NCBI GenBank assembly: GCA_963836075.1
Contig: CAWIIB010000001.1
Span: 1,280,001-1,344,000, forward strand
Origin: an uncultured Acidobacteriota bacterium
Lineage (GTDB): Bacteria > Acidobacteriota > JAQAZP01
Length of the DNA: 64,000 nt
Direction of reading: 5' to 3'
Both the position numbers and the translations under genes were made by a program. Under the pieces are notes generated by a model. That model was given only the letters and a program-made list of their open reading frames with translations, had not been told where the DNA came from and searched no databases. Below, piece by piece: positions 50,361 through 60,338 of this stretch. Every line of letters starts with the position of its first letter. Positions within the stretch are counted from its first letter, which is position 1.

Positions 50361-50921
50361 ATGAGCAACTATGTCGACTGGGTCACCCAATGGCCCCTCC
50401 TTTCCGCCGCGGTGCAGTTCGCCATCCTCGGTACGCTGGGCGAGGTTCTCTCCCATTCCATCAGGATGAAAAGAGCGGCCATACCGTGCACACCGCTGCA
50501 GCTGCTGGGGAAAATCGCCGCCTGGGCGCTGCTGGGCGTAATCATCAAGTATGGCTTCAGCGGCATGAAAGGCTTTACCCGGGCGCTGGTGGAGCACCAG
50601 TTGCTGCCCGGCTTCATGGGCCACGGTGTGGGCTGGGCCCTGGGGGTCTCCGTCTTCACCAACCTGCTGTTCGGGCCACAGATGATGTTCTTCCACCGGC
50701 TGGAAGACAACCTGATTCTGGGGACCCGGGGGTTCAAAGGTCTGACCACCGCCTGGTGGACGTTGATCTGGTTCTGGATCCCGGCGCACACGGTGACCTT
50801 CAGCCTCCCTCGCCCCTACCAGATCGGCCTGGCGGCAATCTGGGGGCTGGTGCTGGGGGTGATCCTCGGCGCCAGCAAACAAAAAAACGCCGCCCCGGAA
50901 GGGAGCGGGGCGGCGGATTGA
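50361..50921 (+). CDS. Mpv17/PMP22-like membrane protein
   Basis: Hydrophobic helices; WFWIPAHTVTFSLP..YQI motif. Confidence 0.7.
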   Translation: MSNYVDWVTQWPLLSAAVQFAILGTLGEVLSHSIRMKRAAIPCTPLQLLGKIAAWALLGVIIKYGFSGMKGFTRALVEHQLLPGFMGHGVGWALGVSVFTNLLFGPQMMFFHRLEDNLILGTRGFKGLTTAWWTLIWFWIPAHTVTFSLPRPYQIGLAAIWGLVLGVILGASKQKNAAPEGSGAAD

Positions 50922-50947
50922 AATCAGATCAACATTCTGCTTCCGGA

Positions 50948-52900
50948 TCACCTCGCCTCGGCGGATGACCCTTCCACTTCGGCCCACGGCTCGATCCGGC
51001 CGCCGAGGTGCTTACCGAGGAACTCTTCCGCCCGGCCGTAGAAATCGAGACGGTTCTCCGGCCTGGCAAAGCCGTGCCCCTCGTCGGGGTAAACCACGTA
51101 GGCCACTTCCATCTCGCGGGCCCGCATGGCCTCCACCATTTGGTCCGCTTCGCGGATATTGACCCGCGGGTCGTTGGCCCCCTGGGCGATGATCAGCGGC
51201 TTGACGATCTTGTCGGCATGGAACAGCGGCGAGATCTTCTTGTTGTAGGCATCGTCTCCTTCCACATCACCAACCCGCAATGTCAGTTGCTTTTTCATCG
51301 GGGCCCAGTAGGGCGGGATGGAAGCGAACAGGGTCTGCATGTTGGACGGTCCGACGATGTCGACACCGCAGCAGTAGAGATCGGGGGTGAAGACCAGCCC
51401 GGCCAGCACGGCGTAGCCACCGTAGGAGCCGCCGTAGATCGCGATTTTCTTCGGGTCGGCGATGCCCTGGTCGATGGCCCACTTCACCGCGTCGGTGAGG
51501 TCGTGCTGCATGGCGCCGACGCCCCACTCGCCGTTGCCGGCGTTGAGGAACTTCTTGCCATAGCCGGTGGAGGCCCGGAAATTGAGCTGCAGGGTGGCAT
51601 AGCCGCGGTTGGCGAACCACTGGGCCTCACCATTGTAACCCCAGGCATCACGGGCCCAGGGGCCCCCGTGCACGTTGAGCACCAGCGGCAGGTTCTTGCC
51701 CTCCTTGCCCGGGGGCAGGGTGAGAAAGCCGACCATTTCCAGCCCGTCGCGGGCCTTGATCACCACCGGCTCCATGGTGGCCAGGGTGTATTTCTCCAGC
51801 TCGGGCCGGCTGACGAACAGCTTGGCAGCCTTTTTCTCCCCGCGGTCATAGAGGTAATAGGTCACCGGGCCGTCGTCGGTGTCGTAGGCGATGACCCACT
51901 TTTTGTCGGCCAGGTCGCGGTTCGCCAGCCCGAACTCGCCCCGCTGCAGGGTGGCGAGGTAATCGAAGTCGGCCTTGATCGACGAGTCCAGAACCGTCCA
52001 CTCGTTCTTCAGGTAGTTGAAACCCACAGCCTGCACCACGTGGGTGTCGGGGTGGACCTCCACCGCGCCGATGTCCACCTTGTCGTTCTGCGCCAGGGTC
52101 TCCAGTTCCTTGCCGTCGGCCAGCGACACCTTGACCAGCCGGGTGGTGTCGGCGCCGATGGAGGTTGTCACGTAGAGCGCCTTGCCGTCGGCGGTGAAAT
52201 CCACCGGCCCGCCGTTCTCGCCAAAGGGCCAGTTGAGCAGGTCGCGCCAGGGCGAATCCTTGGAGTCGCGCACCCTGAGGATCGTGCTGCCGTCCATGGG
52301 GTTGGTGGCCACCGCGGCCCGGATGACAAAGTCGGCGTCGGTTGCCCAGCCCAGCACATCACCCGGGTTTTCCGTGTCCAGCACCACCGCCCCGGTGGTC
52401 AGATCGATGCGATACATGTCGAAGAGCCTCCGGTCACGGAGGTTCAGCCCCACCAGCAGCTCGTTGGGGTGGTGACGGTCGCCCATCATTCCCTGGGCAC
52501 GGATACCCTGGAACGGTGTCAGGTCGCGAACCACTTTCGACTCCAGGTTGGCCAGGTGGACATGCCAGTTTTCGTCCCCGCCGAAGTCCTGGATATACAT
52601 GATCCCCTTGCTGTCCTCGGACCAGCCGTAACCCCGGATTCCCCGCTTGGTATCATTGGTCACCTGCACTGCTTCCCCGCCTTCCACCGGCTGGACCCAG
52701 ACATTGAGCACCCCATCCTCGGACGGGGCAAGATATGAGATGCGGGTACCGTCAGGCGAGATCTGGGGAGAAGTCTTCTCCGGATTGCCGAAAATCACGT
52801 CCCGGGGGATCAGCTCGGGTTCAGCGGCCTGCAATTGAATTGTCAGCGCGGGCAACAGGGCCAGCACCGCAATTGTCCCAACCAGAAAACTATTCCTCAT
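50948..52900 (-). CDS. S9 family peptidase (dipeptidyl aminopeptidase/acylaminoacyl peptidase), secreted
   Basis: Signal peptide; HGGPW, GGSYGGY nucleophile, QGANDPRV, DEGHGF. Confidence 0.95.
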   Translation of the reverse strand: MRNSFLVGTIAVLALLPALTIQLQAAEPELIPRDVIFGNPEKTSPQISPDGTRISYLAPSEDGVLNVWVQPVEGGEAVQVTNDTKRGIRGYGWSEDSKGIMYIQDFGGDENWHVHLANLESKVVRDLTPFQGIRAQGMMGDRHHPNELLVGLNLRDRRLFDMYRIDLTTGAVVLDTENPGDVLGWATDADFVIRAAVATNPMDGSTILRVRDSKDSPWRDLLNWPFGENGGPVDFTADGKALYVTTSIGADTTRLVKVSLADGKELETLAQNDKVDIGAVEVHPDTHVVQAVGFNYLKNEWTVLDSSIKADFDYLATLQRGEFGLANRDLADKKWVIAYDTDDGPVTYYLYDRGEKKAAKLFVSRPELEKYTLATMEPVVIKARDGLEMVGFLTLPPGKEGKNLPLVLNVHGGPWARDAWGYNGEAQWFANRGYATLQLNFRASTGYGKKFLNAGNGEWGVGAMQHDLTDAVKWAIDQGIADPKKIAIYGGSYGGYAVLAGLVFTPDLYCCGVDIVGPSNMQTLFASIPPYWAPMKKQLTLRVGDVEGDDAYNKKISPLFHADKIVKPLIIAQGANDPRVNIREADQMVEAMRAREMEVAYVVYPDEGHGFARPENRLDFYGRAEEFLGKHLGGRIEPWAEVEGSSAEAR

Positions 52901-53031
52901 CGATCAATCCTCCTTGACTGTGGATACACGATACTTTTCCGCCGAACCGGCGAAATATCGAATGATGGGCTTCACTCCCCGATCGGTACTCCCGATAAGA
53001 AAGTGATGTCCGGAAACAACTATAACGCTTT

Positions 53032-55263
53032 ATGATAGCAGATAGTTCAATGGAACTGGTCAATACAGCAAACAGTGGAGCCAACGCACCGGCGGGCCGC
53101 GGGATTCCGGAGAAGGATTCGGTGGTGCAACTGTACGTCCGGCTGAACACGGCCCGCAAACTGGGCGAGTTTTTCTCCAGCGACCACCCCTGTTTTCTGG
53201 AAGCGGTGGAAGGGGCCGCCGAGATCATCAACGGCTTCGGCGAGTATGCCGGAGAATTGAGCTATTCCAGCAACGATGGATCGATCTCCTCCGGGGGCAC
53301 CCGCTTCAAACCGGAAGAACCATACCTAGATGACTTTGCCGCCGCTCTCCGCACCGCGAACATCACCGTGATCCGGTTGGCCCGCGGCGTCGCCGCCGCC
53401 GGACTGGCCAGCTTCACCAGCCTGCTGGCCGCCTGCACCGATCTGGATGTGGGAACCGGCAAGATCCGCCAGTTGATCAGCGGGCTGGTGGCCGACGGGA
53501 TCCGGGTGGGAATGACACCGGCCGGAGGGCCGGCCGTGGAGAGCGTGCCCCTTGGCCAGAGCGTGGAGGAAGCGGTCTGGAAAACCGAAGTACAACGTCT
53601 GTTCGGGGTCATCCCGGCCTGCAAATCTGCCCCGGGTGCCGGCACCGAAACCGGCGAGAACGTGGTTCTGGCCAACATAAACCCCCGCCGGCTGGCCGGG
53701 TTGATCAACACCTTCGATTCCGTCGTAACCGCGGACACGGTGTACGAGAAGTTCCTGATGCCGTATCTTCGACAGGTTGCCGATGGTGAAAGCGGGTCCG
53801 AAGGCCTGATCCCGGACCACGTCCAGCTGCGGTTCATTCAATTTCTCCGGGCGCTCTCCCCCGGTCACCAGGTCCGGTTCACCACCGCGGTTCTGGAGAC
53901 GTCACACTCCTTCACCCCGTTCGCCACAGGTGTCCTCGAGGCCATACCCGTACAGTTGGCCGGCAAGGCCCTGGCCAGGATCAAAACCGAGGAGAACACG
54001 GTCCACCCCCGGATCACCAGCCGGTTCGAAGCGCTGTGCCGTCTCACCGGATGGAACCCCTCGGCCGATGACCAGTCTCCCCAGGCTCCGGGAGAAGTTG
54101 ATATCGACGTCAATACCGTCGATGGTGTCGTCCGCTGCACCCCACGGTTCGAAAAAGCAGCAGCCGGCACGGCTCCACCGGTCAGACGAATCTCCTTTGC
54201 CGCCGAATTCACTCCGGCCGGCAAGCGGAAGGCACTGATTCGGGTGGGGTTGGACCTGCTGGAGAGATCCACCACGCTTGAAGAGGCCCGCGTGCAATCA
54301 CGTGTACTGCCGCAGCTCTTCACCGAAGCGCTGAACGAACGGGACTGGATCGGGTTGAACCGTGACTGGATTGATCTGGTGGCACTGGTGAAAAAGGGCC
54401 AGGCGTCCAGACCATTCCTCACAAAAACGCTCAGGCGGATACGGGAGTCTTTCATCACTGCCCAGACAATGGAGCGAATCGTCATCGGCATCGAAAACTG
54501 CAGTGCTGAAACCGGCGAACTGTTCAAACAGTGGCTTCCGGCACTGGGCCCCGCGGCCGGCGATGCCATGATCAAGGCCCTGATAGAATCCAACAACCGT
54601 TCCCGGCGCCGCCACCTGCTGTCCGCCATCGTCTGCTTCGGACAGGACGCGGTGCCGCTGGCTCTGAAGCGGATCAGCGACCCCCGCTGGTACGTGGTGC
54701 GGAACATGATCACCATCATCCGCGAGGTCGGCGACAAACGGGCGGCCGAGGACCTGCTCACACTCACCAATCACGCCCAGTTCCAGGTGCGCCGGGAACT
54801 GATCAACACGCTCCTCGCCCTGGACCACCCGGAGGGCCTGGAACTGGCGGAAAGCTGTATCCGTTCCGGGGATCGCAAATTGAGATCAGCCAGCATCGGC
54901 CTCCTCGGCTCACACCGCGTTGACGGAGCCCGGAACATTCTGTTGCAGGTCCTGAAGGACCAGGAGAGCCGGGGAGTTCCGTACAGCCAGCCCCAGAAGG
55001 TCAGCGCGATCTGGGCCCTGGGACAGATCGGGAACCGCGCGGTCCTGCCGGAACTGCAGCAATTCCTGAAGAAAAGCCGGATGTTCAAATCGCCGGACAA
55101 ACACGAACTGAAAATGGCCATCTTGCGCAGCCTGCCAGGGTATCAGCTCAAGGATGTGGAAGCGCTGGCCCGATGGGGAATGGCCAACGGTGACGAAGAC
55201 GAGGCCGCCAGCTGCAGCATGCTGGTGAGCAACATCCTGCTGCTCACGGGGGCGGGCAAATGA
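53032..55263 (+). CDS. HEAT-repeat-containing protein
   Basis: C-terminal HEAT repeats (DPRWYVVRN, QVRRE, AIWALGQIG); stop overlaps the HD-GYP start. Confidence 0.75.
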   Translation: MIADSSMELVNTANSGANAPAGRGIPEKDSVVQLYVRLNTARKLGEFFSSDHPCFLEAVEGAAEIINGFGEYAGELSYSSNDGSISSGGTRFKPEEPYLDDFAAALRTANITVIRLARGVAAAGLASFTSLLAACTDLDVGTGKIRQLISGLVADGIRVGMTPAGGPAVESVPLGQSVEEAVWKTEVQRLFGVIPACKSAPGAGTETGENVVLANINPRRLAGLINTFDSVVTADTVYEKFLMPYLRQVADGESGSEGLIPDHVQLRFIQFLRALSPGHQVRFTTAVLETSHSFTPFATGVLEAIPVQLAGKALARIKTEENTVHPRITSRFEALCRLTGWNPSADDQSPQAPGEVDIDVNTVDGVVRCTPRFEKAAAGTAPPVRRISFAAEFTPAGKRKALIRVGLDLLERSTTLEEARVQSRVLPQLFTEALNERDWIGLNRDWIDLVALVKKGQASRPFLTKTLRRIRESFITAQTMERIVIGIENCSAETGELFKQWLPALGPAAGDAMIKALIESNNRSRRRHLLSAIVCFGQDAVPLALKRISDPRWYVVRNMITIIREVGDKRAAEDLLTLTNHAQFQVRRELINTLLALDHPEGLELAESCIRSGDRKLRSASIGLLGSHRVDGARNILLQVLKDQESRGVPYSQPQKVSAIWALGQIGNRAVLPELQQFLKKSRMFKSPDKHELKMAILRSLPGYQLKDVEALARWGMANGDEDEAASCSMLVSNILLLTGAGK

Positions 55264-55977
55264 CAGAAAGCGGACAAATGTTCGATGCCGACCTCAGGGA
55301 ACTGGACACCGAGTTCAACCGGTTGGCAACGGGTTTTCTTACCAAGCTCGAGATACGGGACAGCAGCGCGGGCCGCTTGATCCACGACAAGGCCGGTGAC
55401 CTGCTCAACTGGTTCCACGGGTTTCCCCAGCCGCTGCGGCTGCTCTCCCGGTTGAGGACACATCACCCGGACAGTTTCAGCCACAGTGTCAACGTCTGTC
55501 TGCTCACCGCCATGCAGGTCGGACCAGGCAAACCTGCCCGAAGAGGAGCGGGAGGCGGCCCTGGCCGGTCTGCTGCACGATGTGGGCAAGGTGGCCGTAC
55601 CCGTGGAGGTGCTGGACAAGAAGGATGCCCTGTCCCGGACAGAGGCGGCAAAGATCAGTATCCACAGCGTTGCCGGCGCCAGGTCGCTGGCGGCAATGCC
55701 CGAACTGCCGCGGCTGGTGGTGGTGGGTGCCTGGGAGCACCACCTGCATTACGACGGCACCGGGGGATATCCCCGGCCCACCAGATGCCGCTCGCCGCAC
55801 CCGGTGAGCCAGATGATCGCCCTGGCCGACTTTTTCGACTCGCTGACCACCTGGAAACCGTACCGGCAGGAGCAGCCCCGGGACCAGGTGCTGCAAATGA
55901 TGATGGAGCGGGAGGGCCGGGTTTTCCATCCCGAGTTGCTGGGGGGCTTTACCGCGCTGATCGGATCTCTCAACTGA
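55260..55977 (+). CDS. HD-GYP domain phosphodiesterase (frameshift near 55521)
   Basis: HSVNV in the first frame; LLHDVGK, EHH..YDGTGGYP, ADFFDSL...PY in the shifted frame. Confidence 0.85.
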
Positions 55978-56255
55978 CCGGGGCCAGGTTGGACGATGGT
56001 CGCCCCCCACCCGCCCCGGTCGTTCATGGCCAGGCGCCAGGAGACCACGTCCGGCTGCCGCTCCAGCACTGCTTCCACCGTCTTCCTCAGTGCGCCGGTG
56101 CCCTTGCCGTGGATGATTCGCACCTGGAGAATGCCCCGTTCACGGCAGGCGCGAAGATACTCAGGCACCAGGTCCTTCACGTCCCGGGGGTGAAAGGTGT
56201 GCAGGTCCAGAGTGCCGTCGATGGGGAGTTCCACCGCCTCGCCGTCTTCGAGCAT
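55970..56255 (-). CDS. Stand-alone Smr domain protein
   Basis: LDLH, IIHGKGTGALR, GGWGAT; removing one C near 55991 gives TIVNLAPVS* at 55970 instead of a 168-aa ORF running into HD-GYP. Confidence 0.85.
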
Positions 56256-57232
56256 CAGTCCTCCCCCCGGGACACCCCGGGCCGCCAGGGCAGGTTGTCC
56301 AGCTCCACGTTGCCGCCGCTGAGGATGATCCCCACCCGTTTCAGCCCCGGCACCGCAACAAAGGCAGCGGAGAGGGCCGCCGCCACGGCCACCGCCGCGC
56401 TGGGTTCCACCAGCAGCTTGGCCCGCTCCCAGGCCAGCCGCATGGCCGCAATGGTCGCCGTATCATCCACCGTGATCACCCGCTCCACGTGGTCGCGGAT
56501 CACCGGCCAGGTCAACTGGCCGAGGCTGGTCAGCAGGCCGTCGGCCAGGGTGTCCGGTGCGGTCTGGGGGATCAGCCGCCCCGCCTCCATCGACCGGGCC
56601 GCGTCGTCGGCCCCCCGGGGCTCGGCGGCGAAGACCCTGACCCGCGGATCGATCCCCCGGGCGGCGATACAGGTGCCGGAGAGCAGACCACCCCCGCCCA
56701 CCGGAGCGATGACCGCGTCCAGGCCGTCCACCTGCGAGAGCAGCTCCAGAGCCGCTGTTCCCTGGCCGGCGATGATTCGAGGATCGTCGTAGGGGTGGAT
56801 GAAGGTGGCGCCGGTCTCCTCCCGTACAGCAAGGGCGGTGGTCTCGCGGGCGACGAGGGTCGGCGGGCAGAGAACCACCCGCCCGCCGTATTCCTCCACC
56901 GCCCGGCGCTTCACCGGGGAGGCGCTGGTGGGCATGACGATGTGCGCCGCCACGCCACGCAGGCCCGCGGCCAGGGCCAGGGCCTGGGCATGGTTTCCTG
57001 AACTGTGGGTCAATACGCCGCGTGCGGCCTCCCGGTCCCCGAGGCTGAACACCGCGTTGGCCGCCCCGCGGAACTTGAACGCTCCGACCTTCTGCAAGTG
57101 TTCGCACTTGAAAAAGAGGCGCCGTCCGGCCAGGCGGTCAATGGCGGCACAGGTCATCACCGGGGTCAGGTGAGCCCTGCCGGCGATCCGTTCCGCGGCG
57201 GAGCGAATGTCGCTCAGAGTGGCTGCATACAC
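56255..57232 (-). CDS. PLP-dependent threonine/serine dehydratase or serine racemase
   Basis: KCEHLQKVGAFKFRGA, HSSGNH, AGQGT, PVGGGGL, EPSAA, LSGGN. Confidence 0.92.
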   Translation of the reverse strand: MYAATLSDIRSAAERIAGRAHLTPVMTCAAIDRLAGRRLFFKCEHLQKVGAFKFRGAANAVFSLGDREAARGVLTHSSGNHAQALALAAGLRGVAAHIVMPTSASPVKRRAVEEYGGRVVLCPPTLVARETTALAVREETGATFIHPYDDPRIIAGQGTAALELLSQVDGLDAVIAPVGGGGLLSGTCIAARGIDPRVRVFAAEPRGADDAARSMEAGRLIPQTAPDTLADGLLTSLGQLTWPVIRDHVERVITVDDTATIAAMRLAWERAKLLVEPSAAVAVAAALSAAFVAVPGLKRVGIILSGGNVELDNLPWRPGVSRGED

Positions 57233-57243
57233 GCGGAGTCTCC

Positions 57244-58377
57244 TCAGGCGGGCCCGGTATCCAGGTGGTATTCGATGCGGTGCGCCCTGAGATCCTCGAG
57301 CACCGCCTCGAAGATACCCTCGTCCTCGCAGAGCCCCTCGGGCGGGATGACACCGTGCCGGGTGACCGATCCGCCGAGCACCAGCCGCGCCACGGCGGTG
57401 CAGGTGTACCCGGTGGTGCGGGCCATGGAAGATGTGCCGGTGGCGGAATCGTAGCGGTCGAAGAGCGAGTAGCGGTAGGACCGTGCCTCGCCCTCCTCCT
57501 CACCGCGGATCTCCACGGTCATCACGGTGATGTCCTCCTCCCCTTCGCCAAAGGTCCAGAGGGGGAAGAGGATCCTGGCTGTAAGGTCCAGGGGCCGGAC
57601 GCTCACCTCCCCCACCTGCACCGGCTCCTTGCTGAAGAAACCGGTGTCCCGCAGCAGGCGCATGTGCTCGATGTGTCCGGGATAGCGCATGGTCTTCTCC
57701 ACCATGTCGGGAACATCCATGGTGCTGATCAGGGTGCGCAGGCCGTCGGTGTTGAAGGCCACCAGCGTGCCCACCTCGGCGAACTCCACCGGCTCGGGTT
57801 CGGAGAGCGCCGGCCGCTCCACCGTGGCGCCGGAGACCACCAGCCGCGCCGGCCGGGTGTATTCCTCCAGCACATCGATGGGCGAGAACGGGGCCTTGTA
57901 CTGGTAGGGCTCGGTGCGCCGGACCGGAAGCCCGCCCACCAGGCAGCGGTAGGAGTGGACCTTCATCCGCCGGACGTGATGGCCGAGGATGATGTTGCTC
58001 ATCCCCGGTGCCACCCCGCAGTCCACCACCGCGGTGACCTCCCGCCGGCGGGCCAGTTCGTCCAGTTGCAGCGGGTCCTCGGGGAAAAAGGAGATATCCA
58101 CCACGTCGGTGCCGCTCTCGATCACCGCCCGCAGCGTCTCGAAGCCCATGAAGCCGGGGACCGCCCCGATGACCATGTGGAAATCGTCGGAAATCCGGGA
58201 AACGGTCCGGGCGTGGGAAAGGTCGGCACGCATGATCTGGATCCCGGGATGTCCGGCGGCCAGCGCGTCCAGACGCTTCATGTCCATGTCCACCGCGGTC
58301 ACCTCGAAGGCGCCGCTCAAATCCACGGCCATGGCGCTGCCCACCATACCCGCACCCAGAACCGCTATCTTCTTCAT
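57244..58377 (-). CDS. Saccharopine dehydrogenase-like / lysine 6-dehydrogenase family protein
   Basis: LGAGMVG Rossmann motif, DCGVAPG, GGLP, TDGLRTL, EKTMRYPGH, SMARTTG. Confidence 0.88.
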   Translation of the reverse strand: MKKIAVLGAGMVGSAMAVDLSGAFEVTAVDMDMKRLDALAAGHPGIQIMRADLSHARTVSRISDDFHMVIGAVPGFMGFETLRAVIESGTDVVDISFFPEDPLQLDELARRREVTAVVDCGVAPGMSNIILGHHVRRMKVHSYRCLVGGLPVRRTEPYQYKAPFSPIDVLEEYTRPARLVVSGATVERPALSEPEPVEFAEVGTLVAFNTDGLRTLISTMDVPDMVEKTMRYPGHIEHMRLLRDTGFFSKEPVQVGEVSVRPLDLTARILFPLWTFGEGEEDITVMTVEIRGEEEGEARSYRYSLFDRYDSATGTSSMARTTGYTCTAVARLVLGGSVTRHGVIPPEGLCEDEGIFEAVLEDLRAHRIEYHLDTGPA

Positions 58378-58482
58378 CAAACATCCTCCACTGGAACTGA
58401 ATACTCCGCAGACCACCCGGCCAGGAGAGGAATTATAGTCGGGAACAGCGGCCGGGGGAACAGACCGGTCCGGGGGTGCGGC

Positions 58483-59278
58483 TCACTGCCGCTCTTTCCG
58501 TTTCCCGGCCATCCGGCGGAGCAGGGTCTTCACCAGCGGTGTGCGGAGCAGGGTGACCAGGAGCCGGTTGCGCCAGCCGGTAATCACCACCACCCGGCGG
58601 CGGCGCAGAGCGGTGAGCGAAATATCCACCACCTGCTCGGCGGTCATCCAGAGCCACCGGGGCACCGAGGAGCGGTCGAAGTCGTATTCCGGCGTATCGT
58701 GGAAACCGGTGTAGGTAAACCCGGGACAGAGGGCCTGGACACGGACACCGCTGCCGGCCAGCTCGGCATCCAGCGCCTCGGTGAACAGGTTGAGAAACGA
58801 CTTGGTGGCCGAGTAGACCGCCCCGCGGGGGGTGGGAAGGAAGGCGGCCACCGAGGAGACGTTGATCACCGCCCCTTCGCCGGCCCGGATCATCGCCGGC
58901 AGGGCGGCACGGCAGAGCCGCACCGTGGCGGTCAGGTGCACGTCGATCATCGCTTCCTGCCGGTCCGGATCGACGTCGGCCACCAGGCCCGGAACCCCGA
59001 ACCCGGCGTTGTTCACCAGCAGCGCCAGGGCCGGGCCCCCGGCCACCCGCTCCTCCAGCCGGTGCAGGCTGTCCGGGTCGGCCAGGTCGGCGGGAAGGAC
59101 CTCCACCGGCGCCCCGTGCTGCTCTTCCAGTTCCCGGGCCAGCGCCTCGAGACGATCGGCTCGGCGGGCGGTGAGCAGCAGGTCCGTACCCCTCGGCGGC
59201 CAGTCGCCGGGCATAGACCTCCCCGATGCCGCTGGAGGCGCCGGTGATCAGAGCCGTTCCCTTGAACGTTCCGGCCAT
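58483..59278 (-). CDS. SDR family oxidoreductase (frameshift near 59185)
   Basis: TGASSGIG in one frame; NNAGFG, NVSS, YSATK, LCPG in the next; one extra G in TAC-G-GAC. Confidence 0.9.
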
Positions 59279-59290
59279 TTTGATATCCGC

Positions 59291-60208
59291 TCAGATTTTC
59301 AGAAGGGCATCAATGATGTCGAGGGTGGCGCCCTTCTGTTTGACCACCATGGTGGGGATGGTGGTGGCACGGACCACCTGCTCGGCGTTGCTGCCCAGCA
59401 GGATGGCCGCCGGTCCGGTGATTCCCCGCCCGCCGATGACCAGCAGGTCGGCCCCGGAGGTCTCGGCGTGGCCGAGGATCGCCTCCGAAACATGCTCGTT
59501 GCAGATGTAGGTGGGCTGGACCTGGATGCCGCGGGTGTCGATGCCGGCGATAAAATCCTTGTAGCGCTTTTCGGTGTTGCCCTTCATGATCTCGGCGAAG
59601 TCCTCGAAGCTCTTTCCGGTCTTGTAGTAGCCGGTGGGCACGTCATAGACTGCGAGGCAGCCCACCGTCGACGTCTCGTCGGTGGCCCGGGCAAAACCGA
59701 TGGCCACTTCCAGCGCTTCCCTGGAGCAGTCCGAAAAATCCACCGGCGCCAGGATCCGCTCCATGTCGTCCAGGGAGCCCTCGGGGACCAGGAGCACCGA
59801 ACAGGGGGCCTTGCGGATCACGATATCCTGACGCAGGTCGCGCTGGTACTTGCGAATCTCCCGGCCCACCACAATCAGGTCCACCAGCTTCTGCTTGGCG
59901 AACTTCATCAACTGACGCAACAGCGTCCCTTCCACGGCATCGAATTCAAGTCCGGCATCGGGGTGCCCATCGACAAAGTGCTCGGCCACCACGTCCCGCA
60001 TCCGGGCCTCCATCGACTCGTCCAGCGGGTCAAGCACCTCGGGATACTCCCTGGAGATCTCCTCCGGCAGATCGAGACTCGACGCGACATGGACAAAGTA
60101 GACCTTCTCCGATCTGGCCATACGGCTCAGCTTTGCTGCGTAACGGATGGTCGAGTGGTCGGCCGGAATCATTTCCAATCCCACCATCAATCTCTTGTAC
60201 TGGTCCAT
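59291..60208 (-). CDS. Universal stress protein (tandem USP domains)
   Basis: DLIVVG, APCSVLLVP, ILAPVDFS..S..AL, ADLLVIG.RG....LLGSNAEQVVR. Confidence 0.9.
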   Translation of the reverse strand: MDQYKRLMVGLEMIPADHSTIRYAAKLSRMARSEKVYFVHVASSLDLPEEISREYPEVLDPLDESMEARMRDVVAEHFVDGHPDAGLEFDAVEGTLLRQLMKFAKQKLVDLIVVGREIRKYQRDLRQDIVIRKAPCSVLLVPEGSLDDMERILAPVDFSDCSREALEVAIGFARATDETSTVGCLAVYDVPTGYYKTGKSFEDFAEIMKGNTEKRYKDFIAGIDTRGIQVQPTYICNEHVSEAILGHAETSGADLLVIGGRGITGPAAILLGSNAEQVVRATTIPTMVVKQKGATLDIIDALLKI

Positions 60209-60338
60209 TGCCTGTCCTTTCCCGCCGGACGGCCGGGCTCGGGCCGTTCCTGCTGCTGTCAAGCGAATCCCGTTTCCACCGGGCCGCGGCCACGCCGCAA
60301 GTTACCCGTTCAATGATATGTTACGAATTCGGGTCATT

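Noticed and set aside
55749-55969. C-terminal extension of the Smr ORF antisense to HD-GYP
   Set aside because: Best explained by a one-base insertion near 55991; the corrected gene stops at 55970.
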